From positions 306,644 through 370,643 of the forward strand of contig DAOMZT010000001.1 of NCBI GenBank assembly GCA_035400625.1: a stretch of 64,000 bases of DNA. The letters are read 5' to 3'. This stretch comes from an archaeon (GTDB lineage Archaea; Iainarchaeota; Iainarchaeia; Iainarchaeales; CSSED10-239). A program made the translations under genes and the position numbers. The notes below the pieces were generated by a model. That model saw only the letters and a list, made by a program, of their open reading frames with translations. It ran no database searches and had not been told where the DNA came from. This document shows positions 36,439 to 46,712 of this stretch, piece after piece (position 1 is the first letter of the stretch; every line of letters begins with the position of its first letter).

Positions 36439-37215
36439 ATGGCCATCTTAAAACCAAAATTATCTAGAAGAAAAATAAAACCAGCAAAACCAATAATAAT
36501 CAACAAATCACAAGTTTCTAATTTTAGTAAAACACTTTTAAGCAAACCAAAAGAACCATTATTTGAAGGCAAGTATTCCAAAAGCCTAACCAAAAAGATG
36601 CCTAGAAAGAAAATAAAACCAGTAAAACCTGTAATATATAATAAGCCATATCTTTCAGATTACGATACAAGACTTATAAAATTTAAACATGCATTTGAAA
36701 ATAAATATGGTTTTAATATCTTTAAAACAAAAGGTGAAAAACTCCATGTTTTCTTGCCAATGACAGGCATGTCTCCACAAGGTTATTTGTTAAAGGCTTT
36801 TTTTGAACAAACCCTTCCAAAAGCAAGAGTTACTTTTTTAGTTACTCCAAAAAGTACATTAGTTGAGGCAGATCCTAAATTTAGAAGAAAAGCTATAAAT
36901 AATTTAGAGAACCATTTAAGAAGGTCTCTTAATATTCATGATAAATATTTTGTTTGCTTTGATTATATTCAGAAAGGCAGTGTTCAAATAAATATTATGC
37001 AAATCTTGAATAAAATTTATAATAAAGAAGTAAACTATTTAGCAGTAAAATCACCAAGAGACAGGGGAATACCAACCCACATAAAAGAGCCAGATGGTAG
37101 CTCTATAAGGCCACTCCAATCTAAAGCAAAATTTAAAAATATAATACAAGAGCATTATAATGCAGGTATTGAGTTATCCAGAATGAAGAATTTTATTTCA
37201 AAGCTACTAGAATAA
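36439..37215 (+). CDS. hypothetical protein with a duplicated basic N-terminal tail; possible divergent member of the 8633/31177 family
   Basis: 258 aa, starting 9 nt after the pcn stop. The tail motif R(R/K)KIKP(A/V)KP(I/V)I.NK occurs twice. LHVFLPMTGMSPQGY and the C-terminal AGIEL loosely echo its putative paralogs. Confidence 0.55.
   Translation: MAILKPKLSRRKIKPAKPIIINKSQVSNFSKTLLSKPKEPLFEGKYSKSLTKKMPRKKIKPVKPVIYNKPYLSDYDTRLIKFKHAFENKYGFNIFKTKGEKLHVFLPMTGMSPQGYLLKAFFEQTLPKARVTFLVTPKSTLVEADPKFRRKAINNLENHLRRSLNIHDKYFVCFDYIQKGSVQINIMQILNKIYNKEVNYLAVKSPRDRGIPTHIKEPDGSSIRPLQSKAKFKNIIQEHYNAGIELSRMKNFISKLLE
36464..36491. repeat. in-frame internal DNA repeat, copy 1 (basic tail module)
   Basis: ctagaagaaaaataaaaccagcaaaacc versus ctagaaagaaaataaaaccagtaaaacc at 36602-36629. 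Identity is 25/28, offset 138 nt. Confidence 0.8.
36602..36629. repeat. in-frame internal DNA repeat, copy 2 (basic tail module)
   Basis: See 36464-36491. Confidence 0.8.
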
Positions 37216-37217
37216 AT

Positions 37218-39146
37218 TTATGCTAACTTAATAGCATAGGTCTTATTTATTCTTTGTATTAATGTTTCTTTTTTACTTGTGTCTTTGAATGCATGAAGTA
37301 TTACTTCCCAGATTGTTTTAACAGGAATTATCTCTAGGCTTTTTGCAACCTCTGGTGAAAGAACCAAGTCTTCTTTATTTGATTCTGGGATTATAACTTT
37401 TTTTATCTTTGCATTTTTTGCAGCATTGACTTTTGCAGTAACCCCTCCAATTGGTAAAACATCTCCCCTGATTGATAGAGAACCAGTCATTGCAATCTCT
37501 TGCTTAATAGGTATATCTTCAAGCACAGAAATTATTGCTGTAGCAATAGATATAGAAGCAGAATCTCCTTCAACATTATAGGTTTGTAAAAACTGAACAT
37601 GTATGTCGTAATTTGCAATATCTTTGCCTGTTAATTTTTTAATAATTGCAGAAACATTATCTACTGATTCTTTAGCAATGTTACCTAGTTGTCCGGTTGC
37701 TATGATTTTGCCTTCATTTTTAGAAGATGCTGGTGTTATCTCACATTCTATTGGTAAAAGAAGCCCAGCATCACTTTCGTTCATTACAGCAAGGCCATTA
37801 ACTCTTCCAATAGAATATCCTGTTGTCTTAAAGATATCATAATCCTTCTTAATGACCATCATCTTGCTAACCATTTGTTCTTCAAGAGTTCTAGCTGTGT
37901 CTTTGGCCTTAAGCACTATTTCTCTTGTCACAAGCTTTTTATTTTCTTCAAGTGCAATGTCTCCTGAAGCTCTTATAAGCCCTCCAAGTTCTCTTAGTTT
38001 TAATGTTAAGCTATTTTTTCTTGTTGCTCTTTTTCTTGCTTCAAAGATAATCTCATCAACTGCTTCTTTAGAGAAGTGTGGTATCTTTTTGTCTTTTGCT
38101 ATTTCTTGAGCAACAAATTGCACAATCTTGTTTCTGTTCTCTGCAGTGTCTGGCATATCAATATTCATGTGGCACTCATAGCCAGAACCTCTTATTCTTG
38201 ATCTAATAGCAGGATGTACTTTTTCTAAATCAATATAGTTACCAGCAGCTACAAGTATAAAATCACAAGGAGCAGGGGTTGTTCTTACCATTGCTCCACT
38301 TGACATTTCTGATTGTCCAGTAATACTGAATTTTTTCTCTTGCAATATTGTTAGTAAGTCCTGTTGTGATTTTGGTGAAAGTGCGGAAATCTCATCAATA
38401 AATAAAACTCCCCCATTTGCCTTGTGTATCATTCCAGGAACAACTCTCATGTGTGCTGGTGTTCCAAGACCCCCTGATTGTAAGGGATCGTGCAAAACAT
38501 CTCCAAGAAGAGCCCCTGCTTTAGCACCTGTTGCATCAATAAATGGCACTTCTTTTTTATTGCGATTATCAATAATGATTTTTGGGATAAGTGCTCTTTC
38601 TTTTTGCATCATCTGCATGCTTAAAGAAGTTGAAACCATTAAAAATCCAGACAAAAGAAGCATGGCTGCAAACACAACATCTGGAACCCAACCAAGTCTC
38701 CAAAACACAATTGAAATGATTAACCAGATTGTTGGTAGGAAAAAGCCAACAATTCTTCCAGCCCCCATTTGTTTTGCTGCTTCTATTTTTGTTGCTTCGA
38801 CAATTTTCTTTCCTTCTCCTGCAGGAACTTCAGTAATTTTAGGTGTGTGAGAATCTTCTAGATTTGGATATACTAAGATATCTGTTAGTTTGTTGGTTGG
38901 AAGCATCTCAGCAAGAGCAGAAGCAATCATGGACTTACCTGTTCCTGGCGCACCAATAAGCATAATGTGCCTTTTCTGTCCAGCAACTTTTTTAATAAGA
39001 TTGATTGAAGCGTCTTGTCCAATCACTTGATCAATCATTTTTGTTGGAACTTCAATCTCGCTTGTGTCATTAAAAATAAGTTCTTTAACATCGCTTTTTG
39101 CTTTTATTTTTGTTTTAGTTTTTTTATCTTTGGTTTTTGTTGACAT
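37218..39146 (-). CDS. lonB: archaeal membrane-bound Lon protease (LonB)
   Basis: AAA+ Walker [10 protein letters not shown], a TM hairpin inserted in the ATPase domain ([15 protein letters not shown]...LLLSGFLMV), and a Ser-Lys protease domain ([14 protein letters not shown] ... GGVTAKV). Confidence 0.92.
   Translation of the reverse strand: MSTKTKDKKTKTKIKAKSDVKELIFNDTSEIEVPTKMIDQVIGQDASINLIKKVAGQKRHIMLIGAPGTGKSMIASALAEMLPTNKLTDILVYPNLEDSHTPKITEVPAGEGKKIVEATKIEAAKQMGAGRIVGFFLPTIWLIISIVFWRLGWVPDVVFAAMLLLSGFLMVSTSLSMQMMQKERALIPKIIIDNRNKKEVPFIDATGAKAGALLGDVLHDPLQSGGLGTPAHMRVVPGMIHKANGGVLFIDEISALSPKSQQDLLTILQEKKFSITGQSEMSSGAMVRTTPAPCDFILVAAGNYIDLEKVHPAIRSRIRGSGYECHMNIDMPDTAENRNKIVQFVAQEIAKDKKIPHFSKEAVDEIIFEARKRATRKNSLTLKLRELGGLIRASGDIALEENKKLVTREIVLKAKDTARTLEEQMVSKMMVIKKDYDIFKTTGYSIGRVNGLAVMNESDAGLLLPIECEITPASSKNEGKIIATGQLGNIAKESVDNVSAIIKKLTGKDIANYDIHVQFLQTYNVEGDSASISIATAIISVLEDIPIKQEIAMTGSLSIRGDVLPIGGVTAKVNAAKNAKIKKVIIPESNKEDLVLSPEVAKSLEIIPVKTIWEVILHAFKDTSKKETLIQRINKTYAIKLA
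37219..37238. terminator. 7-bp stem hairpin between convergent genes (tatgcta-N6-tagcata)
   Basis: A perfect inverted repeat lies between the stop of 36439..37215 and the stop of lonB (which it overlaps). It could act as a bidirectional terminator. Confidence 0.3.
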
Positions 39147-39252
39147 TTATTTCACCATAATCTTCTATTGTAAAAATTAGTCAAATATTTGATTTAAATA
39201 TATAATATATGTTCCAAATTGCTTAAAAACATATTTATGCCTATATATTATT

Positions 39253-40191
39253 ATGTCAAATAAAATTAAAGTGTTTTTCTTAGGTAATTCTGCATCTTTA
39301 CCAACAGCAGATAGAAATCTTTCTGCAATGCTAATAAATTATAATGGTCAAAACTATCTTTTTGATTGTCCAGAGAACTGCCAGCAACAGATTATGAAAG
39401 TTAAGCAAAGTGTTATGAAAATAAACAATATTTTCTTGTCCCACATGCATGGCGACCATTTCTTTGGCCTTTTTGGAATGCTTTCAACTTTTAAATTGAA
39501 CAATAGAACAACACCATTGAATATTTATGTTCCAAAAAACGAAAAGAAAAATCTTGAGCAATTAATCAGATTAACAATATATGATAAATATCCACCAGAG
39601 TATAAAATAAATATTAACGAAGTTGAAAGAAAAATTGCCTACCAAGATAAAGACACACAAGTAGAGGCAATTTCTCTTGATCACACAACCAGAACAAATG
39701 GTTATATTTTTAAGATAAAAGACAAGATAGGCAAATTTAATAAAGCAAAAGCCTTAAAGCTAAAGATCCCTGAAGGCCCTCTTTTTTCTCAGCTTCAAAA
39801 AGGCAAATCCATTAAATTAAATGGCAAAACAATCAAGCCAGAGATGGTTATGGATTACAAGTTTAAAAAAACAGGTAAAAAAATAGCTTATCTTTGTGAT
39901 ACTCAAGTTTTAAAGAATGTTCCAAAAGAGCTTGTAGGCACAGACGTACTTGTGCATGAAAGCACTTTTTTTGAAGAAGATAAAGAAAAAGCAAAACTAG
40001 TTAAGCATTCAGTAGCTGAAGAAATTCCTATTTTTTCTAAGAAAGCAAAAGTAAAGCATCTATATTTAACGCACATCTCTAGCAAATACAATGACTTAGA
40101 AAAAAGAGAAAAAGAGCTACAAAAGAAAAATAAAGGCCAAAAAATTAATATAGTTCATGGTATAAAAGAAATAGAACTTGATGACTATTAG
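39253..40191 (+). CDS. rnz: ribonuclease Z (tRNA 3' endonuclease)
   Basis: FLGNSASLPT and the HMHGDHFFGL MBL motif. Length is 312 aa. Confidence 0.88.
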   Translation: MSNKIKVFFLGNSASLPTADRNLSAMLINYNGQNYLFDCPENCQQQIMKVKQSVMKINNIFLSHMHGDHFFGLFGMLSTFKLNNRTTPLNIYVPKNEKKNLEQLIRLTIYDKYPPEYKININEVERKIAYQDKDTQVEAISLDHTTRTNGYIFKIKDKIGKFNKAKALKLKIPEGPLFSQLQKGKSIKLNGKTIKPEMVMDYKFKKTGKKIAYLCDTQVLKNVPKELVGTDVLVHESTFFEEDKEKAKLVKHSVAEEIPIFSKKAKVKHLYLTHISSKYNDLEKREKELQKKNKGQKINIVHGIKEIELDDY

Positions 40192-40254
40192 GTATGTTTT
40201 TAAATTTAACTAAAGATAACTTAAATACAATATAACATTAATTGGTGATTAAAT

Positions 40255-41190
40255 ATGGCAAAACCATTAAGAAATTTAAACCTTTTAAGGAAAATAAACC
40301 CTTTAAGAAAAATTAAAAAACCAGGGCAACCAAAGATAGAAAAAACAACTATCAAGCCAAGCACAAAAAAACAAGCAAAACCAGTTGTACCTAAAGAACC
40401 AAAATCTAGTAAATTAAGTAATTTAAAAAAGAAAAAGCTCGCAAAAATTGCAGATAAAGAAAGATTTACTCCAAAGATTAGTTTATCAGAAGCTGAAAGA
40501 TCAAGAACTATGAGAAGTATAACTCTAGATAAGATTGAAGCTTTAAGAAACAGAATAAAAACAATTGATAATGCTTATAAGCATTTAGAAAATCAAAGAT
40601 ATAATCCAGATAATGTTAATCCAGAAAAAGGGGTGTTTATTAAATTTTTAACTGAAGCAAAAACTCCTGAACAATGGGCAAAAAGAAATTATCAAGAAGG
40701 GCACATAGTTTCATTTAAAGAATATAAAGATCTCTTAAGAAGAAACAGATTAGCACACAAAACTGCAGTAAATGAATTAAATAGAGCTGAATTTTTGTAC
40801 TCTCTTAAAAGACAAGAAAGATGGTTATCTGGCAGAAATGTTGGTGATTTTAAAGAAGCTCATACAAAAGCAATAAATGTTTTAGCACAGAGATATGAAC
40901 GAGGGCAAATTAGTAGTGAATATCTAAAAAAGTTTATGTCTGTTTTAGATTCTTCAGTTAGGGGAACTCTTGCTCAACATAGAACTTTAGCACGCACAAA
41001 AGGTACAGAATATTTTGATCTTCATTCAAGGGTTACTGGAAAAGCTTTATTATCTTTCATGAAAGAAGCAAATTTAAAGAACTTTGATAGGGCTGTAAAG
41101 AACTTTGAATTGAATATGAGTGCAATAGCAGGCACTATAGACAAGCCGAACAGATCAGTTGAGCTTGAATGGATGTATAAAAGAATATAG
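40255..41190 (+). CDS. hypothetical protein, basic K/P-rich N-terminal tail (MAKPLRNLNLLRK..KKPGQPK..KPVVPKEPK); paralog of 4117..5058
   Basis: 311 aa. It shares KP.RNL and FIKFLTE with the 313-aa ORF at 4117..5058. Confidence 0.6.
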   Translation: MAKPLRNLNLLRKINPLRKIKKPGQPKIEKTTIKPSTKKQAKPVVPKEPKSSKLSNLKKKKLAKIADKERFTPKISLSEAERSRTMRSITLDKIEALRNRIKTIDNAYKHLENQRYNPDNVNPEKGVFIKFLTEAKTPEQWAKRNYQEGHIVSFKEYKDLLRRNRLAHKTAVNELNRAEFLYSLKRQERWLSGRNVGDFKEAHTKAINVLAQRYERGQISSEYLKKFMSVLDSSVRGTLAQHRTLARTKGTEYFDLHSRVTGKALLSFMKEANLKNFDRAVKNFELNMSAIAGTIDKPNRSVELEWMYKRI

Positions 41191-41880
41191 TTATTTATAT
41201 TTCCATTCTTTTCCTGGTTCTATAACTACTGGTTTAATATCGTATCTTGTATTTTCGAATTTGTTTTTTAGAATATAGGGGTCTTGCTTAATATGAGAAA
41301 AAGTGTTGTAGCTCATAGGTATTAAATATTTTGGTCTAATTTTTTTTGCAACACTAACTGCACTTATAAGATCTAAAGTTATTTTTCCGCCTATTGGTAA
41401 GATTGCAATATCTGCCTTTATCTTATCATGCTCTTTTGTCATGAATGTATCTCCTGAAAAATAAATGCTATTTTTTTTATCTGCAATAAGATAACTTAAT
41501 GGATAAAAAGAAGTTGGATGATGTGCAGGATATGCAGTAAAAGAAATATCGTTTATTGTTTTTGTCATGTATTCAAGCATAGGATATTTATAGTTCTCGC
41601 CACAATCAATTTTATTTAGTACGCTACGATGTGCAATTATTTTTGGGCTATTTTTTTTAACAAGTAGATTTGTGTTTGCAATATCAAAAGCATCAAAATG
41701 TTCGTGACTGATTAAAATTGTGTCAATTTCTGGCAAGCTTGAAATAGGCATTGCACAATTTATTAGTCGTTTATAACTGCATTTATCGTTGTTATCAAAA
41801 TAAGGATCAGTAAGTATATTTTTACCATTCATGTTAATAGTGAATGATGAATGTCCCAAATATCTAATCTTAATCCCCAT
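41191..41880 (-). CDS. metallo-beta-lactamase-fold hydrolase (UPF0173-like)
   Basis: IRYLGHSSFTI..ILTDPYF and ILISHEHFDAFD. Confidence 0.75.
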   Translation of the reverse strand: MGIKIRYLGHSSFTINMNGKNILTDPYFDNNDKCSYKRLINCAMPISSLPEIDTILISHEHFDAFDIANTNLLVKKNSPKIIAHRSVLNKIDCGENYKYPMLEYMTKTINDISFTAYPAHHPTSFYPLSYLIADKKNSIYFSGDTFMTKEHDKIKADIAILPIGGKITLDLISAVSVAKKIRPKYLIPMSYNTFSHIKQDPYILKNKFENTRYDIKPVVIEPGKEWKYK

Positions 41881-42002
41881 ACATAAATTAAAGTAGGTAA
41901 TATATTTAAAGTGGTGGTCTAAAGTTAATAAAATGGCATTTTTATAAACATTTTTATACTATATATTACAATATAATATATTAATTTTTTTGGAGAAAAA
42001 AA

Positions 42003-42809
42003 ATGACTAAAAAACACATATTAGTTGGGTTGTTATTTTTATTTTTGCTAATGCCTGTATATGCTGTTTCTCTAAAAAATTTTGATATTTCTATTAATAT
42101 TTCATCACCAGAAAAAGCAACAATAATTGAGCTCTGGGATGTAGAGGTAAGTTCTGAAAAAGACTTATCAAATTTTAAAAATTCGATTTTAAAAAATAGT
42201 TCAAATCTAGAAGAATTAAGAAAAATAAATCCAGATCTAAACCCACACATTTTTATAGAAGAGAGTAATATTAGAAATTTTGCAATTTCTTTTGATGATT
42301 TTGCCAAAAAAATAAGATTAGAATATACTATTACTGATAAATGCCTAATTAGTTTTTTAGATTATCAAGATCAAATAATTTGGGAATTAAACGATCATTT
42401 ATTTAATCAATTTATTATAACAGGTGTGTTTAATATTCCAACAGGTTCGCAAATATCTATTGCTCTTTATGATCCGCTATTGATAGGAGATGTTGTGCCA
42501 ACCGCCAATATTACAGGTCGAACAATATTGTGGGGTGGCTCTTCATCAAATGAAATAAGACTTCTTGCAATAGAAAAAAAACCTCCAAAGCCGACTTTTG
42601 TTTTTTCAAACTTATTTTCTAAAGATTACCTTAATAAGTCCTATTTTACAGTTTTATTTATTTTATTAATTATTGTTTTAATATTATTGGTTTTTAAGAA
42701 CAAAGTAAGTTCTGGAATAAAGAAGTTTGTTACTAAACACTCAGTAATAAAACCAAGAAAACAGATAAATGATATTGTTGATTTTGATTTTGTTAGTAAA
42801 AAGAAATAA
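42003..42809 (+). CDS. hypothetical secreted/membrane protein (signal peptide plus C-terminal TM)
   Basis: N-terminal ILVGLLFLFLLMPVYA, and a C-terminal TM segment FTVLFILLIIVLILLVF followed by a basic tail. Confidence 0.5.
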   Translation: MTKKHILVGLLFLFLLMPVYAVSLKNFDISINISSPEKATIIELWDVEVSSEKDLSNFKNSILKNSSNLEELRKINPDLNPHIFIEESNIRNFAISFDDFAKKIRLEYTITDKCLISFLDYQDQIIWELNDHLFNQFIITGVFNIPTGSQISIALYDPLLIGDVVPTANITGRTILWGGSSSNEIRLLAIEKKPPKPTFVFSNLFSKDYLNKSYFTVLFILLIIVLILLVFKNKVSSGIKKFVTKHSVIKPRKQINDIVDFDFVSKKK

Positions 42810-42818
42810 TGAATCCTT

Positions 42819-44309
42819 ATGAATTTAAAATTTCAAGAATCTGATGCAATAGTCTACGAGTATTTAAAAGAAAATAAATCCGCTAAGCTTGAGGAGATAT
42901 TAAAAAATACCAACTACAATCAAGATTCTATAAGGCGCTCTATCGAAACCCTTAAACTAAACGGAATTATCGATGAAAGTACAACAATAACATATATCTA
43001 TGAGCTGGACACTAATGGCAAATTGGCTTTAGAAAATGGATTTATAGAAGAGATATTTTGTAATTTTATAAAAAACAAAAACATAAAAATTACAGAAATA
43101 AATAATCTAGAAATACCTGGCTTAAATAAAGAAGATGTAAGTTTAGCATTTGGCATTGCAAAAAGAAAAGAACTAATCGAAATTGTAAATGATATCATAA
43201 AATATAAAAAAGAAAATCAAAACATTATTTCTAAACAAAAAGAAATGCTATTAGATATTTCTTTAAAAAAACCAATCTCAGAAACTCCTGTTTTTCAAGA
43301 ACTTTTAAAACGAAAGAACTTTATTCTTAAAAAAGAAAAACAGAACAAAGAGTATAGGTTATTACAGATTATAGGCTACGATATAATTTCTGACCAACAA
43401 CTTTATTTGACATCAGAACATTTAAAATCTGGAGAATATAAAAACATCACTTTCAAAGAGTTTGATGTTGCTACTTTGCCTTTACCAAAAGAGCAGGGCA
43501 GAATAAATCCATTAAGACAAGTAATCTATCAGATAAGAGAACTTTTTTTACAAATGGGCTTTAAAGAAATGCAAGGGCCATATGTTGAAAGCTGTTTTTG
43601 GAATATGGATTCTATGTTTATTTCTCAAAATCACCCTGCAAGAGATATTCAAGATACTTTCTATCTGGATATATCTGGGGATTTGCCTACAGGAAACCTA
43701 ACCTCGCAGATTGCAGAGATCCACAATAATGGCTGGAAAACCGGCTCTAAGGGCTATCAATATGAATGGGATAGTGAGGAATCTAAAAAACTAATATTAA
43801 GAACACACACTACAGCAACAACCTATAGAACTTTCTTTAATTTAACTCCAGAAGAAAAAGACAACTCAAAATATTTCTGTATTGATAAGGTTTTTAGAAA
43901 TGAAACAATTGATTTTACTCACCTTCCAGAGTTCCATCAAGCAGAGGGATTTATTATAGGAGATGATCTTTCTTTATCTGATCTTTTAGCATTTATTAAG
44001 GAGTTCTTTTCAAGGCTAGGCATACAAAAAGTGAAATTTAAGCCAACTTATAATCCATATACAGAGCCAAGTGTTGAGGCAAGTGGTTATCAAGAAAGCA
44101 CTGGCAAATGGATTGAGTTAATTAATGCGGGTGTATTTAGACCAGAGTCTTTAGCACCATATGGCATAGAAAAAACAGTTATTGCTTGGGGTCTTGGCGT
44201 TGAAAGACTAGCAATGTTATTGTATCAAAAGCCAATAAAAGAAATTCATGGTGATGAAGAAAACATTGATTGGCTAAAAACATACATAATACCAAAAAGA
44301 GAACTATAA
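42819..44309 (+). CDS. pheS: phenylalanine--tRNA ligase alpha subunit
   Basis: Class II motifs HPARDIQDTFY, LRTHTT, FRNE..D..HLPEFHQ.EG and GLGVERL. Confidence 0.92.
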   Translation: MNLKFQESDAIVYEYLKENKSAKLEEILKNTNYNQDSIRRSIETLKLNGIIDESTTITYIYELDTNGKLALENGFIEEIFCNFIKNKNIKITEINNLEIPGLNKEDVSLAFGIAKRKELIEIVNDIIKYKKENQNIISKQKEMLLDISLKKPISETPVFQELLKRKNFILKKEKQNKEYRLLQIIGYDIISDQQLYLTSEHLKSGEYKNITFKEFDVATLPLPKEQGRINPLRQVIYQIRELFLQMGFKEMQGPYVESCFWNMDSMFISQNHPARDIQDTFYLDISGDLPTGNLTSQIAEIHNNGWKTGSKGYQYEWDSEESKKLILRTHTTATTYRTFFNLTPEEKDNSKYFCIDKVFRNETIDFTHLPEFHQAEGFIIGDDLSLSDLLAFIKEFFSRLGIQKVKFKPTYNPYTEPSVEASGYQESTGKWIELINAGVFRPESLAPYGIEKTVIAWGLGVERLAMLLYQKPIKEIHGDEENIDWLKTYIIPKREL

Positions 44310-44311
44310 AT

Positions 44312-45985
44312 ATGGCAACAATTGAATTAAATTTTTCTGACATAAAAAAAGAATTTAATAAAGATATCTCTGTTGAAGATTTTGAAGAACTGCTATTTAA
44401 CTATGGTTTTGAAATTGATAGTTATAACAAAGCCACAGAAGAACTAAGAATAGAAGTGACTGCTGAAAGAACAGATGTTCTTTCAAAAGAAGGGTTATTA
44501 AGAGTTTTAAAGGTGTTTGGTGGCTATGGCAAACCTTTGAACTATTCTGCAAAAAAGCCCACACACTCTCTTTTTATTGACAATTCAGTTAAGGCCGTTA
44601 GGCCTTATAGTGTTTGTGCAATAATCAAAAATCTAAATCTTACAGAAGACAGATTAAAACAAATTATTGCTGTTCAAGAAAAGCTCCACCTTACAATTTT
44701 TAGAAAAAGAACTCTTGGGGCTCTTGGAGTTTATCCACTTGACAAGATAGAATTTCCAATAACTTTTTGTGCAAGGTCGCCTAAGGATATTAAGTTTGTG
44801 CCTCTTGGCGAAGACAAAGAAATGAGTGGAGAAGAAATTTTAAAAAATACAGAAACTGGCAAAGAATTTGCGCATCTTTTAATAGGCAAAGACAAATATC
44901 CAATATTTGTAGATAATTCTGGCAAGATACTTTCCATGCCACCAATCATTAATTCAGATGTTACTGGAAAAGTTACTGAGAACACAAAGGACATTTTTAT
45001 TGAGTGTTCTGGTTTTAATTTAGTAAGACTAAACCAAGTTCTAAATATCATGTGTTGTATGTTTAGTGATTTTGGTGGAGAGCTTCATTCAATTGAAATA
45101 AATCTTGGTAATGCCTACTTAGAAAAGCACATGATTACTCCAAACCTAAATGAGGAAAAAAGATTAGTGACATTATCAAATGTTAATTCTTTGATTGGTT
45201 TAAATCTTGATATTGATGAGGTTTGCCATCTTCTTGAAAAGATGTGCTACAAAACAAAGAAGTATGGTAAGGACAAAATAGAAGTTTCCATTCCCCCTTA
45301 CAGAACAGACATATTACATGAAGTTGATATTATTGATGACGTAGCTAGGGCATATGGCTTTAACAACATTCCATTAAAGATGCCTAAAGTATTTACTGTT
45401 GGTGAAAGATTAAAGGATTCAATAAAGCAAGACAACATCATACAGATATTGGTGCAATGTGGTTTAATAGAAGTGAGCCCATTGTCCCTTTCAAGTAAAA
45501 AAGAATCTTTTGAAAACTTTAATATCCCTTATTCCAAAGACAAGGCGATAGAGCTGGGTTATTCCAAAGACAAGTCTTTAGACATTGTTAGTCCTTGGCT
45601 TTTGCCAAAGCTATTAAAGATTTTAACGAATAACCAGCACATGAGTTATCCTCAAAAGATATTTAGTTGTGAAAAAGTTGTTATTCCTGACAAGCAAAAA
45701 GATGTCAAATCAAAAACAGTTCTTCATACTGCAATTGCTATAGCAAATTCAAAAGTTAGTTTTACAGAGAGTGCAAGTATTCTTGTAACTTTATGCAATA
45801 CTCTTGGTTATAGTTTAGAATTAGAAAAAAAGGATTATCCATTTTACATTTCTGGAAGATCAGCAACAGTAATTATAAACAATAAAGATGTTGGACATAT
45901 TGGAGAAATTAATCCAGAAGTTTTAAAGAGCTTTGATTATAATGTTCCAGTTGTGGCTTTTGAGATAGATGTTAATGATTTATAG
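44312..45985 (+). CDS. pheT: phenylalanine--tRNA ligase beta subunit
   Basis: Archaeal PheT layout (B3/4 and B5 domains) immediately after pheS. ATG at 44312 is preferred over the track start at 44270. Confidence 0.88.
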   Translation: MATIELNFSDIKKEFNKDISVEDFEELLFNYGFEIDSYNKATEELRIEVTAERTDVLSKEGLLRVLKVFGGYGKPLNYSAKKPTHSLFIDNSVKAVRPYSVCAIIKNLNLTEDRLKQIIAVQEKLHLTIFRKRTLGALGVYPLDKIEFPITFCARSPKDIKFVPLGEDKEMSGEEILKNTETGKEFAHLLIGKDKYPIFVDNSGKILSMPPIINSDVTGKVTENTKDIFIECSGFNLVRLNQVLNIMCCMFSDFGGELHSIEINLGNAYLEKHMITPNLNEEKRLVTLSNVNSLIGLNLDIDEVCHLLEKMCYKTKKYGKDKIEVSIPPYRTDILHEVDIIDDVARAYGFNNIPLKMPKVFTVGERLKDSIKQDNIIQILVQCGLIEVSPLSLSSKKESFENFNIPYSKDKAIELGYSKDKSLDIVSPWLLPKLLKILTNNQHMSYPQKIFSCEKVVIPDKQKDVKSKTVLHTAIAIANSKVSFTESASILVTLCNTLGYSLELEKKDYPFYISGRSATVIINNKDVGHIGEINPEVLKSFDYNVPVVAFEIDVNDL

Positions 45986-46685
45986 AAGAAATGATCTTTA
46001 ACATTTCTTTTTCTGCAGTCGCATATCTTTTTTCTAGATTTTTCATATGTTTGTTCCTTAGATTTTTATCTGGGTTAAGTAGTTTCTTAAGATCGACTGG
46101 TTTTTTATAAAATAAGATTGCTAAAAAATCTAAATAGGATTTTTCTTTTTTCAAATATTTTTTGTGAATAATTCTTTTTTGTATCTCTTTTAAAAATAGA
46201 TAATATGCCAGTAATTTGATTTTAGTAACATGTGACTTTTTGGATTTTATATTTTTGTAATATTTTTTAAGAGTCTTTTCTATTATACCATCAGGATAAA
46301 GAACAGGAGAAACTCTTATATTTTTAAATTTACAATCATAATAAAATTCAAGAATTAAATGTTTTTCTGCAGATAATTTGTGTTTATAAAAATAATTATG
46401 AAAGTGCTTGTCTAGGACATTGTGGCTAATAAAGCCAATGGCAAAGGATTTTTCCTCTTTTGTCTTTGCTAAAGCATACATTCTTTTTCCAAAGGTTATG
46501 CCTTTTTGATTCCTGATCTCATGAAAAAGTTCTGGTTTAAATTTTGTTTGTATTCTGTAAAAGCCATAATAATCAGGAAACAAAGAACCAGAGAGAAGAT
46601 ATCTCATATCTAGGTTTTTAAAAAAAGCTTTCTTTTTTTTCGCAATTTTTTCAACAAACCCGATATGTGTAAGAACAGTAGGCAT
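45972..46685 (-). CDS. hypothetical His-rich protein (possibly a metal-dependent hydrolase of the Zn-phospholipase C-like type)
   Basis: MPTVLTHIGF.., LFPDYY and GFISHNVLDKHFHNYF. The assignment is weak. Its 3' end overlaps the pheT 3' end by 14 nt. Confidence 0.35.
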   Translation of the reverse strand: MPTVLTHIGFVEKIAKKKKAFFKNLDMRYLLSGSLFPDYYGFYRIQTKFKPELFHEIRNQKGITFGKRMYALAKTKEEKSFAIGFISHNVLDKHFHNYFYKHKLSAEKHLILEFYYDCKFKNIRVSPVLYPDGIIEKTLKKYYKNIKSKKSHVTKIKLLAYYLFLKEIQKRIIHKKYLKKEKSYLDFLAILFYKKPVDLKKLLNPDKNLRNKHMKNLEKRYATAEKEMLKIISSINH

Positions 46686-46712
46686 TAATCAAAACCATTT
46701 AGAAAGAAACCC

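Noticed and set aside
40171-41190. Echo of the rnz 3' end (..IELDDY*) in the 3' end of the following ORF (..VELEWMYKRI*).
   Set aside because: Only about 12 of 18 nt match, and an indel is required. This is too weak to count as a junction repeat.
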